Source: Erysipelotrichaceae bacterium
GTDB taxonomy: Bacteria > Bacillota_I > Bacilli_A > RFN20 > CAG-449
DNA length: 64,000 nt
Direction of reading: 5' to 3'
NCBI GenBank assembly: GCA_015059095.1
Contig: SVBA01000010.1
Coordinates: 30-64,029 of the forward strand
A program made the translations under genes and the position numbers. Below the pieces are notes generated by a model. It searched no databases. It had not been told where the DNA came from and worked only from the letters and a program-made list of their open reading frames with translations. Positions 55,469 through 64,000 of this stretch are shown here, one piece after another (the first letter of the stretch is position 1; each line of letters starts with the position of its first letter).

Positions 55469-56713
55469 ATGAGTAATTATGTAAATAATAGACAAAAATT
55501 ATATAAAGAAATTCCAGATAATTCATTAGTTGTGTTATATTCTGGAGCATTAAAGCAATGTTCTGCTGATGAAAATTATCCTTTTAAAGTCAATACCAAT
55601 TTCTATTATATGACTGGTATTGATCAAGACAATGCTTACTTAGTAGTTACAAAAGTAAGAGGTGAAATTGAAGAACATTTATTTATTTATGAAAATGACC
55701 CAATCAAAGTTAAATGGATTGGTGCATATCTTTATCCTAATGAGGCTAAAGAAATTTCTGGAGTTGAAAATATTCATTTTATTAAGGAATTTGATGCTTA
55801 TTTATTAAAACAAGCAAAAAGAAAAGGTATTAAAAATATATGTTTAGATCTAGAAAAATCACCTTTTGAAGGACAAGTTGACTTTGGTAAAGTTTTAAAA
55901 GATAAGGTAAATGCTTATTGTTATGATAAAAAGATTGTTGATATCTATCAAACTATTACTCTAATTAGAGGTGTTAAAGAAGATTGGGAGATTGAAATTT
56001 ATCAAAAGGCTGTTGATACAACTAGACTTGCTTTAGAGGAAGTAATGAAAGAATTACCTTCTCTTGAATATGAATATCAAGTTCAAGGTTTATTTGAATA
56101 CCAAATTAAAAAGATTTCTAATGCTGGAGTTTCTTTTGAAACAATCGCTGCTTGTGGTAAGAACGCTGCTATTTTACATTACAGAACTAATGATGCTAAA
56201 TTAGAAGGTAAAAATATGATTTTACTAGATTTAGGAGCAGAAGTAGGTAAATATCATGCTGATATTACTAGAACTTATCCAATTAAAGGTAAATATGGTG
56301 AATTAGAAAAGAAAATTTATCAAAGCGTATTAGATTGTAATAAATATATTATTTCTATTATTAAACCAGGTGTTACTATTATGGATTTACAAAAAGAAAC
56401 AGTATCTTTCTTAGCAAATGAATGTTTAAAACATGGTTTAATTAGTGAAAAAGAAGGTATTAGAAATCATTATTTCCATGGTATTTCTCATCATATCGGG
56501 TTAGATACTCATGATCCACATCCTAGATATGCTGGTACTTTAGTTCCTGGAATGATCATTTCTGTTGAACCAGGTTTATATTTTGAAGATTTAGGCATTG
56601 GTGTTAGAATTGAAGATGATATTCTTGTAACTGAAGATGGTTGTAAAAACTTATCTAAAGATATCATAAAAGAAATCGATGAAATTGAAGAATTCATGGC
56701 AAAATTTAATTAA
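55469..56713 (+). CDS. pepP: M24B Xaa-Pro aminopeptidase
   Basis: Pita-bread-fold metal ligands. DLGAEVGKYHADITRTYP, HGISHHIGLDTHD, VEPGLYF, IRIEDDILVTEDG. Confidence 0.85.
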   Translation: MSNYVNNRQKLYKEIPDNSLVVLYSGALKQCSADENYPFKVNTNFYYMTGIDQDNAYLVVTKVRGEIEEHLFIYENDPIKVKWIGAYLYPNEAKEISGVENIHFIKEFDAYLLKQAKRKGIKNICLDLEKSPFEGQVDFGKVLKDKVNAYCYDKKIVDIYQTITLIRGVKEDWEIEIYQKAVDTTRLALEEVMKELPSLEYEYQVQGLFEYQIKKISNAGVSFETIAACGKNAAILHYRTNDAKLEGKNMILLDLGAEVGKYHADITRTYPIKGKYGELEKKIYQSVLDCNKYIISIIKPGVTIMDLQKETVSFLANECLKHGLISEKEGIRNHYFHGISHHIGLDTHDPHPRYAGTLVPGMIISVEPGLYFEDLGIGVRIEDDILVTEDGCKNLSKDIIKEIDEIEEFMAKFN

Positions 56714-56788
56714 TAAAATCACCTTTGGGTGATTTTTTCTTAATAATTGTTTAATATTATTTATGTATTATTAGTAAGGAGGTAGTCT

Positions 56789-58636
56789 ATGAAAAAAAGT
56801 ATTTTATGTATTATTTCTTTAGTATTATTATCTAGTTGTTCTTTAATTTCTCCAAATAATGGTAGTAATTTTGATCCTTGGGATAAACTAGGCGGAGGAG
56901 GAATTGCTAGTGTAGGTAGTGAAGAAAATATTTCTATTAATGATTATGATAATATGTCTTCTTCTTTTTCTGATATTCAATTAGATGAATCTATTAGTGA
57001 AAGTAATATTGTTAATTTTAACGATTTATCTTCTCTTCCTAATGGAGTAAGTTTATCTAGTTCAACTTTAACAATTTCTTTAGGTGGAACTTATTTACTT
57101 AAAGGAGAATTTATTGGTCAGTTAGTAGTCGATAAGTGTAATGATAAAGATGTTAGAATTATTTTTGATAATGTAAAAATAACTTCTAAAGGTAGTACTG
57201 CTCCTATCACTTTTAAAAAGACTACTGCTCATAGAGTATTAACTTTAAAAGAAGGTACAACTTCTTATATTGAAGATAATATTTTAAATAGTGGAGTAAA
57301 TAGTGATGAAAGTGTTATTGAAGTAAAATCTTGTCCTTTTACTATTAATGGAAAAGGAAAATTAATGATTAATGCAAAAGGTGATAATTCTAATGGTATT
57401 GAGGCTAATGATACTTTAAATATCTTGAATTCGAATCTAGAAATAAATGCAAATAATCATGGTATTAAAGTAAATAATAAAATCGTTATTGAAAATAGTA
57501 CTATTAAGATTAATGCTAAAATGGATGGAATTAAAACAGATATTAATCCTGTTTCTTTAGAAGAAGCTAAAACATTAGCAAATTCGCTTGAAAACGGCTT
57601 TATTTCAATCAAAAATACATCACTAGATATTAATTCATCAGATGATGGAATATCGTCTAATTCTTTTATTTATATCGAAAATGATTTGCAAGATATTATC
57701 AATATTACTACAAATGGAGGAGCACCTACTTCTAATAAGAATTATGGTAGTGATTCTTTAAATGGAAAAGGAATTAAAGTAGAAGGTATATCGTATTTCA
57801 ATGGAACTACTGAAACAAAAATTGCATCTACTCATGAAGATAATTATTCTTTAATTATTAATGGTGGAACGTATTCTATTAATTCAAATAATGATAGTAT
57901 TTCTTCAAGTGGAAATACTTTAATTGAAGATGGTAAATTTAGTATAAATGCTGGCGATGATGGAATTCATAGTGAATATACTAGCGTTATTCGTAATGGT
58001 GAAATTAATATTTTAAGTAGCTATGAAGGTATTGAAGGATCAGGCGTAGAAATATTTAATGGAATTATTAATGTTAACTCATATGATGATGGAATTAATG
58101 CTTCTAATTCTGAAGTTAAAGATTATGATTTCCACATTTATATTAATGGAGGAAATATTAGTGTTGATTCTATGGGTGATGGAGTTGATAGTAATGGTTG
58201 GATTAAAATGGATGGTGGAACACTATTAATTAATGGTCCAACTAGTGGAATGAATGGATCATTAGATACTGATAAAGGATTTTTATTAACTAATGGTAAT
58301 TTAATTGCAGTTGGTTCTAGGGGGATGGTTGAAACTCCTTCTTCTAATTCGACTCAATGCTATATAAATGTTAATTTATCTTCGATTGTTGAAGATTCAA
58401 TTATAGTAAAAGATAAGTCAGGTAAAGAAATTATTAATGTTACGCCAAATAAAAAGTATCAATCAATTGTTTTATCAAGCGAAGAATTTATTAAAGGTGA
58501 AACTTATTCTATAGTAATTGGTAGTAATCAATATGAAGCAACATTAACTTCAATTGGTACTGCATTAGGCACAAATAGTTCTGGAAATCAAAATCAAGGT
58601 CATATGCCAGGAGGACCTGGAGGAAGACCTAGATAA
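56789..58636 (+). CDS. surface lipoprotein with parallel beta-helix repeats (putative adhesin / carbohydrate-binding domain protein)
   Basis: Lipobox LSSC. Many repeats of the DGI / NGI.x.N type (DNSNGIEANDTLNILNSNLEINANNHGIKV; DDGISSN; DDGIHSE; DDGINAS; GDGVDSN) typical of right-handed beta-helix proteins. Gly/Pro-rich C-terminus. Confidence 0.55.
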   Translation: MKKSILCIISLVLLSSCSLISPNNGSNFDPWDKLGGGGIASVGSEENISINDYDNMSSSFSDIQLDESISESNIVNFNDLSSLPNGVSLSSSTLTISLGGTYLLKGEFIGQLVVDKCNDKDVRIIFDNVKITSKGSTAPITFKKTTAHRVLTLKEGTTSYIEDNILNSGVNSDESVIEVKSCPFTINGKGKLMINAKGDNSNGIEANDTLNILNSNLEINANNHGIKVNNKIVIENSTIKINAKMDGIKTDINPVSLEEAKTLANSLENGFISIKNTSLDINSSDDGISSNSFIYIENDLQDIINITTNGGAPTSNKNYGSDSLNGKGIKVEGISYFNGTTETKIASTHEDNYSLIINGGTYSINSNNDSISSSGNTLIEDGKFSINAGDDGIHSEYTSVIRNGEINILSSYEGIEGSGVEIFNGIINVNSYDDGINASNSEVKDYDFHIYINGGNISVDSMGDGVDSNGWIKMDGGTLLINGPTSGMNGSLDTDKGFLLTNGNLIAVGSRGMVETPSSNSTQCYINVNLSSIVEDSIIVKDKSGKEIINVTPNKKYQSIVLSSEEFIKGETYSIVIGSNQYEATLTSIGTALGTNSSGNQNQGHMPGGPGGRPR

Positions 58637-58665
58637 AGTAAAAAGATGATGGAAACATCATCTTT

Positions 58666-59163
58666 TTATTCGTTAACTAGTATTTTTTCAATTTCTCCAA
58701 TGTATTGAGTATGATATTCATTTTCATTGTAGTGACGAGAAATACTAATATCTGTATGTTCATTAATTGGCATATCTATTTGATATATTTTCTTTAAAAT
58801 AAAGGTATATTGAGCTTCTTTTAGATAAAGAGTAGAATTATCTTTTACTCTAGTAAATTTACATTCACTAATTTTATCTAAATTCGAGCGAGATTTTGTT
58901 CCACAAATACCTAATTTTTCTTTGTAAGAATCTTCAAAAAAGCATACTGAAAATTTATTTACATTATCAAGCATATGTTTAGTGTAACGATTGTTTCTTA
59001 CATATACACTCATTACAGGTTTGCTCCATAATATACCAAGTTGACCCCATGCAATAGTCATTGCATTATCTTCTTTTTCATCTTCTACTACTATTAACGC
59101 CCATTCTTTTCCAAACTTATTAAAAGCATTAAAATCTAATTCATTTGGTAATAATTCTTTCAT
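58666..59163 (-). CDS. flavin reductase-like (FMN-binding split-barrel) domain protein
   Basis: The ...MTIAWGQLGILWSKPVMSVYVRNNRYT... block resembles the Flavin_Reduct/flavoredoxin split-barrel family. 165 aa. Confidence 0.45.
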   Translation of the reverse strand: MKELLPNELDFNAFNKFGKEWALIVVEDEKEDNAMTIAWGQLGILWSKPVMSVYVRNNRYTKHMLDNVNKFSVCFFEDSYKEKLGICGTKSRSNLDKISECKFTRVKDNSTLYLKEAQYTFILKKIYQIDMPINEHTDISISRHYNENEYHTQYIGEIEKILVNE

Positions 59164-59176
59164 AAATATCTACTCC

Positions 59177-59983
59177 TTATTTAATAAATATTATACAAAA
59201 TAAGGCTAATAGAAGTAAATAATAAGAAAAGTAATATAATTTATCTTTATTAATAATTCTTTTTAGAAGTTTCATACTTAATAATGTAAAAATAAAACTA
59301 AATAAAATTCCTATTAAATAATAATAAATAGGGAAATTTAGGGAGTAATTATTATTAATTAATTTTATTAGTTCTAATAGAAATGAAGATAGTGTAATTG
59401 GTATAAAAAGTAAATAAGAGTATTTAAAAGTTGACTTACTATCTAATTTAGATAGTTTTCCTCCTAGTAATGTACTTCCACTTCTTGATATTCCTGGAAA
59501 TAATCCAATTACTTGAGTTAATCCAATAATTATAGAATCAATATAGGTCATATTAAATAATGTTTTATGGGAATTATTGAATTTACAGAAATATAAAATT
59601 ATTGAGGTAATAAGAAAAAAGATAGGAAGATAAGTAATATTTGAGAGATGATTTTCAATAAAAGGACTAAGAAAGATTCCAAATAAACCTGTAATTAATG
59701 TAGAAATAAATAAAAAAATTATTATATTAAAACTTTGTTTTTTATTTTTATCTTTATTGTATAGATAAATAACGCTATCAGATAATAGAATTTTTATATC
59801 CTTAAAATAGTAAATTATAACTGCAAATAAGGATCCTAAATGAAGAAAAATTTCTAGTATTAATCCTTCTTCTTTGATTCTTAAAAGATGTTTTATTAAG
59901 ATTAAATGACCACTACTAGAAATGGGAAGTATTTCACTGATACCTTGAATTATACCTAAAATGATGATTTTAAAAATTTCCAT
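59177..59983 (-). CDS. uppP: undecaprenyl-diphosphate phosphatase
   Basis: The N-terminal GIIQGISEILPISSSGHLIL is the signature UppP/BacA motif. Eight TM helices. Confidence 0.9.
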   Translation of the reverse strand: MEIFKIIILGIIQGISEILPISSSGHLILIKHLLRIKEEGLILEIFLHLGSLFAVIIYYFKDIKILLSDSVIYLYNKDKNKKQSFNIIIFLFISTLITGLFGIFLSPFIENHLSNITYLPIFFLITSIILYFCKFNNSHKTLFNMTYIDSIIIGLTQVIGLFPGISRSGSTLLGGKLSKLDSKSTFKYSYLLFIPITLSSFLLELIKLINNNYSLNFPIYYYLIGILFSFIFTLLSMKLLKRIINKDKLYYFSYYLLLLALFCIIFIK

Positions 59984-60175
59984 TTTCTCACCTAATGTAA
60001 GTATATTAATTAAAGAAAAAGTTATTCTCAGTATAATAAGTCGAAAAAATGGAAAAGGAAAATGAAGATATTAAAAATGCCATAAAAAGCTAATAAAATT
60101 ATCTAATAAATAAGAATTAAAGATTGTATATTTTCTCCTTTGAATTTATAATAAATTCATAAGGAGATTTTTATT

Positions 60176-61750
60176 ATGGAAAAAGGTTCAGGATTATTAG
60201 TACATATTTCTTCTTTACCTAGTAAACATGGTATTGGTACTTTTGGTAGAGAGGCTCATGCATTTGTAAAATTCTTAGCTAAAGCAGGTCAAAAATATTG
60301 GCAAATGTTACCACTAAATCCAACTTCATATGGTGATTCACCATATCAAAGTTTCTCAGCATTTGCATTAAATCCATATTTTATTGATTTAGATGTTTTA
60401 GTTAGAGAAGGATTATTAACTAAAAAAGAAGCAAAGAAATGTAAAGGCGGATCAAATCCTCATTTTGTTGATTATGGTAAAGTATATAATGAAAGATTTG
60501 ATGTCTTACGAATTGCTTACCAAAGAGGTTATGAAAAACAAGAAGCTGAAATTAATAAGTTCTATCATAAACATAGATATTGGTTAGAAGATTATGCTTG
60601 CTTTATGTTATTAAAAGGTATGCATGGTGGTAAATCATTCCAAGAATGGAAAAGAGATTATCGTTTACATAAAAAAACTGCGATTAGAAAAGCAAAAGAA
60701 GCAAATATTGATGAATATCGTTTCTGGATTTTCTTACAATATCATGCATATAAACAATATGCTAGATTAAAGAAACATGCAAATAGAAGAGGAATTGAAA
60801 TCATTGGTGATATGCCAATTTATGTTTCTCTTGACTCTGCAGATGTTTGGTCTCATCCAAAATTATTTATGTTAGATCAAAATAGAAGACCAACTAAAGT
60901 CGCAGGTGTACCACCTGATTTCTTCTCAGAAACTGGTCAATTATGGGGTAATCCTATTTATGATTGGAAGAAAAATAAAGCTACTAATTACTTCTGGTGG
61001 AGAAAACGTGTTCAAGCTATGGCTAAATTATGTGACAATATTAGAATTGACCATTTTAGAGGATTTGAAGCTTATTGGGAAGTTCCTTTCGGTGAAGAAA
61101 CTGCAATTAATGGTCAATGGGTAAAAGGCCCAGGATATGACTTATTTGAAGCTTTAAAACCTGTAACTAAAAATTGTCAAATTATTGCTGAAGATTTAGG
61201 TGTTATTACTCAAGGAGTAAAAGACTTAAAAGAAAAATGTGGTTTCCCAGGTATGAAATTAATGCAATTTGCATTCGATGATTATGAAAGACATTTATCT
61301 GGTGTTTACTATGATGATGATCCAAATGAATGCAAAGGCCCAGATTTTTCGAATTGTTATACTCCAAGACAATTTAAAGAAGCTAAATTATTAAATCCTT
61401 TCTTACCACATAACTATGAATCAAATTGTTTAGCATATTTAGGAACTCATGATAATGATGTCATGACTAACTTCTTAGATGAACATCCAGAATTAAAAGG
61501 ACCAATGAAAGATTATTTATGTATTTGGAGAGATGAAGATATCTTAGATACAATGATCGGATCATTGATGAGAAGTAATGCTAATGTTGTTATTTTCTGT
61601 CCTCAAGATTTATTGCACATGGACAAATATTCAAGAATGAATACTCCAGGGGCAGCAGTTGGAAACTGGCAATTTAGATTAGATAAAAAAGATTTATCAG
61701 ATGAATTAGCATATCATTTATATGTAATGACTAAAGAAGCAGGTAGATAA
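60176..61750 (+). CDS. malQ: 4-alpha-glucanotransferase (amylomaltase, GH77)
   Basis: GSGLLVHISSLPSKHGIGTFG...WQMLPLNPT...DSPYQSFSAFALNPYFID...RIDHFRGFEAYW...GDMPIYV is colinear with MalQ/DPE. SD AAGGAGA before the ATG. Confidence 0.9.
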   Translation: MEKGSGLLVHISSLPSKHGIGTFGREAHAFVKFLAKAGQKYWQMLPLNPTSYGDSPYQSFSAFALNPYFIDLDVLVREGLLTKKEAKKCKGGSNPHFVDYGKVYNERFDVLRIAYQRGYEKQEAEINKFYHKHRYWLEDYACFMLLKGMHGGKSFQEWKRDYRLHKKTAIRKAKEANIDEYRFWIFLQYHAYKQYARLKKHANRRGIEIIGDMPIYVSLDSADVWSHPKLFMLDQNRRPTKVAGVPPDFFSETGQLWGNPIYDWKKNKATNYFWWRKRVQAMAKLCDNIRIDHFRGFEAYWEVPFGEETAINGQWVKGPGYDLFEALKPVTKNCQIIAEDLGVITQGVKDLKEKCGFPGMKLMQFAFDDYERHLSGVYYDDDPNECKGPDFSNCYTPRQFKEAKLLNPFLPHNYESNCLAYLGTHDNDVMTNFLDEHPELKGPMKDYLCIWRDEDILDTMIGSLMRSNANVVIFCPQDLLHMDKYSRMNTPGAAVGNWQFRLDKKDLSDELAYHLYVMTKEAGR

Positions 61751-61831
61751 TTAATTAACTCTTATTTAAGAATTTCTTAAGTAAGAGTTTTTTATTTCAT
61801 AAAAAAAGAGTGAAGTTAATCACTCTTTTAA

Positions 61832-62992
61832 TTATGCTGCTGTAGCATTTTTAATTTCAATTTCTAAATCTTTTACAATAATGAAACCACGAGTTTCTTT
61901 GTTATAAGCAATATATGTTGCTTTATATTTACCAGATAAAGTTGGTAATTTATTGATTGTATGAGTATCTTCAACAACAGGAACATCATCGATTTCATAA
62001 TCGAAATAGAATAAATCGTAATCTTCAATAGCTTGAGTTACTGATTCTGGAATATATAAATCAAATTTAGAGTCAGAAGTGTTTTGCCATTTTTTAGCTG
62101 AGTTATTAATTGAATAATTTTCATCAGCTTTTGCATAAATAATTTCATAAGTTTTATGTTTAATAGAGATGACATCTAGAGTTTCAGGAAGTTCAACTTG
62201 TATTTTTTCTCTTATAGCATCGATAGAACTATCATCATACTTTGTATTAACAGACATTGCTTTAGTTAATCCAGAAAGTAATAATACTAAACAACAGATA
62301 CCAGAAGTAATAGCATTTGCTTTAAAATAAACTTTTTCGTTTCTATTTAAATAAGCAAGTACTAATGCAGCGATAGGAATAGGGATAAATAGGAATGAAA
62401 CCCAAGAATGTTCGATTACACCATGTAATTTAAATACTGATACTTCAGTTGCGCAGAATTGAATAAAGATTGCAACTACGATAGCTAAACAAGAAGCATA
62501 GGATACTCCACATACAATTAATTTTTTAACATCTTTAAATTCAATAATTCTTTGGTAGATTTGAAGAGCAAATCCAGCTAGAGAAAGAACGACTGAAATA
62601 ATAGATAATATAATAAATACAATAAATAAAGGTTTTACACTTGTTTGAACATCGACTGTCTTTAAAATAAACGCTTCAGATTGTAGGTAAGCAGGATACA
62701 TAAAGATATTTAAAATATTAAGTAAAATACCACCTGCAATAATTGCTAAACCTTTATATGTGACGTCAAATAGATTCATATATAATCCCCAAAGGATTAA
62801 AGCACCACCTGCAATACCTGTCATTAATCCATAGATTACAAAACCAACAGAAGTATTTAAGTTAATGTCAGCAAATATGTTATAGACTAAACCGACGACT
62901 AAAGATAATAATGATCCAACTAATAATGATATCTTTTCAACTTTTCTATTATTACTTTTGAACCATGTAAATGCTTTTTCTACAAAACTCAT
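61832..62992 (-). CDS. hypothetical polytopic membrane protein with a C-terminal soluble domain
   Basis: About 8 TM helices, then a C-terminal domain of about 150 aa. SD AAGGAGA lies 8 nt before the second ATG (62992). The first ATG (63001) abuts the SD. Confidence 0.5.
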   Translation of the reverse strand: MSFVEKAFTWFKSNNRKVEKISLLVGSLLSLVVGLVYNIFADINLNTSVGFVIYGLMTGIAGGALILWGLYMNLFDVTYKGLAIIAGGILLNILNIFMYPAYLQSEAFILKTVDVQTSVKPLFIVFIILSIISVVLSLAGFALQIYQRIIEFKDVKKLIVCGVSYASCLAIVVAIFIQFCATEVSVFKLHGVIEHSWVSFLFIPIPIAALVLAYLNRNEKVYFKANAITSGICCLVLLLSGLTKAMSVNTKYDDSSIDAIREKIQVELPETLDVISIKHKTYEIIYAKADENYSINNSAKKWQNTSDSKFDLYIPESVTQAIEDYDLFYFDYEIDDVPVVEDTHTINKLPTLSGKYKATYIAYNKETRGFIIVKDLEIEIKNATAA

Positions 62993-63112
62993 AAAATACA
63001 TCTCCTTATAATTCTTAATTTACTAATTTATTTTAACATAAAATAAACAATAAGCAAAATGTTTATTTCATAAATATAAAGAAAACTCCATATCTTATTA
63101 TTGGGTGAAAAT

Positions 63113-63583
63113 ATGAAAAATAAAATTTACAGAATATTAAGAACGATTTTACCAGTTGTTATTACTGGAGTACTAGGAAGTGTCTTTATGATAATAGGAA
63201 AAGTTGACTATGAAAATCTAGTTAAGCCGCCTTTATCACCAAATAAGATAGTTTTTCCAATAGCTTGGACTATTTTATATATTGTAATAGCAATATCAGC
63301 CTTTTTATATGATAAAAAAGTTGATAATAAAGAAGATAAAATTAAAGGACTAATTATTTACTATATCGGTTTATTTTTTAACGCTTTTTGGACATTGTTT
63401 TATTTTACCTTAGATATGAAAGTGTTCTCTAGTATTTGGTTAGGGGCATTATACGTAATCAGTGCGAGTAATTATGTAATTTTTTCTAGAAAAAATAAAA
63501 TTAGTGGATATTTGTTTTTACCATATTTAGTTTGGTTATTATTCGCATTATATTTAAATATAGGAACTGCTATATTAAATTGA
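63113..63583 (+). CDS. tspO: TspO/MBR-family tryptophan-rich sensory protein
   Basis: YENLVKPPLSPNKIVFPIAWTILYIVIAISAF...FFNAFWTLFYF...LPYLVWLLFALYLN shows the five-TM TspO pattern. The ORF-track start at 63101 is TTG; ATG is at 63113. Confidence 0.8.
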   Translation: MKNKIYRILRTILPVVITGVLGSVFMIIGKVDYENLVKPPLSPNKIVFPIAWTILYIVIAISAFLYDKKVDNKEDKIKGLIIYYIGLFFNAFWTLFYFTLDMKVFSSIWLGALYVISASNYVIFSRKNKISGYLFLPYLVWLLFALYLNIGTAILN

Positions 63584-63679
63584 TAGATAAATCGAGTAAA
63601 ATTAGAAAAAAAATAAAATCTTATAGATTTTTAAATGGATTATGTTATAATAATAAGCGTCTTTTAAGGAGAGATGTTT

Positions 63680-64000
63680 ATGGATAAGATTTATGTTACA
63701 AAAGAAGGCTATGAAAGTTTAAAAGCTGAATTAAGATATTTAATTGATGTTGAAAGACCTCAAGTATTACAAGAAATTAAAGAAGCAAGAGCACAAGGTG
63801 ACCTTTCAGAAAACGCTGATTATGATGCTGCTAGAGATAAACAAGCTATCATTGAAGCAAAAATTACTGAATTAACAGAAAAAATTGAAAATGCTCAAAT
63901 TATTGCTACTACAGGTAATTCTAACGTCGTTAAAATTGGCTGCTATGTAGTATTAAAATTCTCTAATGGCTTACCTGAAGCAGAATATCACATTGTTGGT
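63680..64000 (+). CDS. greA: transcription elongation factor GreA (5' part; continues past the window end)
   Basis: MDKIYVTKEGYESLKAELRYLIDVERPQVLQEIKEARAQGDLSENADYDAARDKQAIIEAKITELTEKIENAQII matches the GreA N-terminal coiled-coil. SD AAGGAGAG before ATG 63680. It is absent from the ORF track because no stop falls within the window. Confidence 0.85.
   Translation, partial: MDKIYVTKEGYESLKAELRYLIDVERPQVLQEIKEARAQGDLSENADYDAARDKQAIIEAKITELTEKIENAQIIATTGNSNVVKIGCYVVLKFSNGLPEAEYHIVG

Noticed and set aside
1-64000. Mycoplasma-type genetic code (TGA=Trp), suggested by the very low GC content
   Set aside because: Tryptophan is consistently TGG in conserved positions, for example WAPWCGPCK in TrxA. 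ORFs up to 2234 aa are uninterrupted under the standard code, so the standard code was used.

Overview
This 64-kb window is AT-rich (roughly 25-30% GC) and comes from a low-GC Gram-positive or Mollicutes-related bacterium that uses the standard genetic code. Trp is TGG, and long ORFs, including one of 2234 aa, are uninterrupted by TGA. Lipoprotein lipoboxes are frequent. Most of the window is chromosomal housekeeping: rpsU; a puuR-like regulator with potABCD; the truB-ribF-rpsO-pnp block; pflA/pflB; adhE; an orphan mreB-like gene; pncB; tRNA-Gly(GCC); trxA; yigZ, mrp and pepP; uppP; tspO; and the start of greA. Interleaved with these is a Gram-positive-type starch and maltodextrin utilisation set. 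It comprises a MalEFG-like ABC transporter, a GH13 amylase lipoprotein, a SusE/F-like starch-binding lipoprotein, malQ, and a 799-aa surface lipoprotein built from tandem CBM25/26-like modules joined by perfect 45-bp DNA repeats. Six things the ORF list does not explain stand out. (1) A 2234-aa, extremely acidic, N-terminally membrane-anchored ORFan lies divergent from a CPBP-protease/TraX/thioredoxin operon. (2) pflB is naturally split into a 676-aa catalytic chain and a separately initiated 78-aa glycyl-radical chain, with a CxxC thioredoxin-like gene between pflA and pflB. (3) A roughly 70-bp intergenic element with a CTCTACT-GTG-AGTAGAG palindromic core occurs three times. (4) A four-gene operon encodes a membrane-tethered XRE regulator, two paralogous Tyr/Asn-rich proteins sharing a 4-Cys C-terminal module (one with a clear C39-like papain-fold peptidase signature) and a lipoprotein. 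(5) cre-like CcpA boxes precede adhE and the maltodextrin transporter. (6) Two small genes are inserted into the otherwise conserved ribF-rpsO junction. No CRISPR array, rRNA, transposase or integrase is visible.
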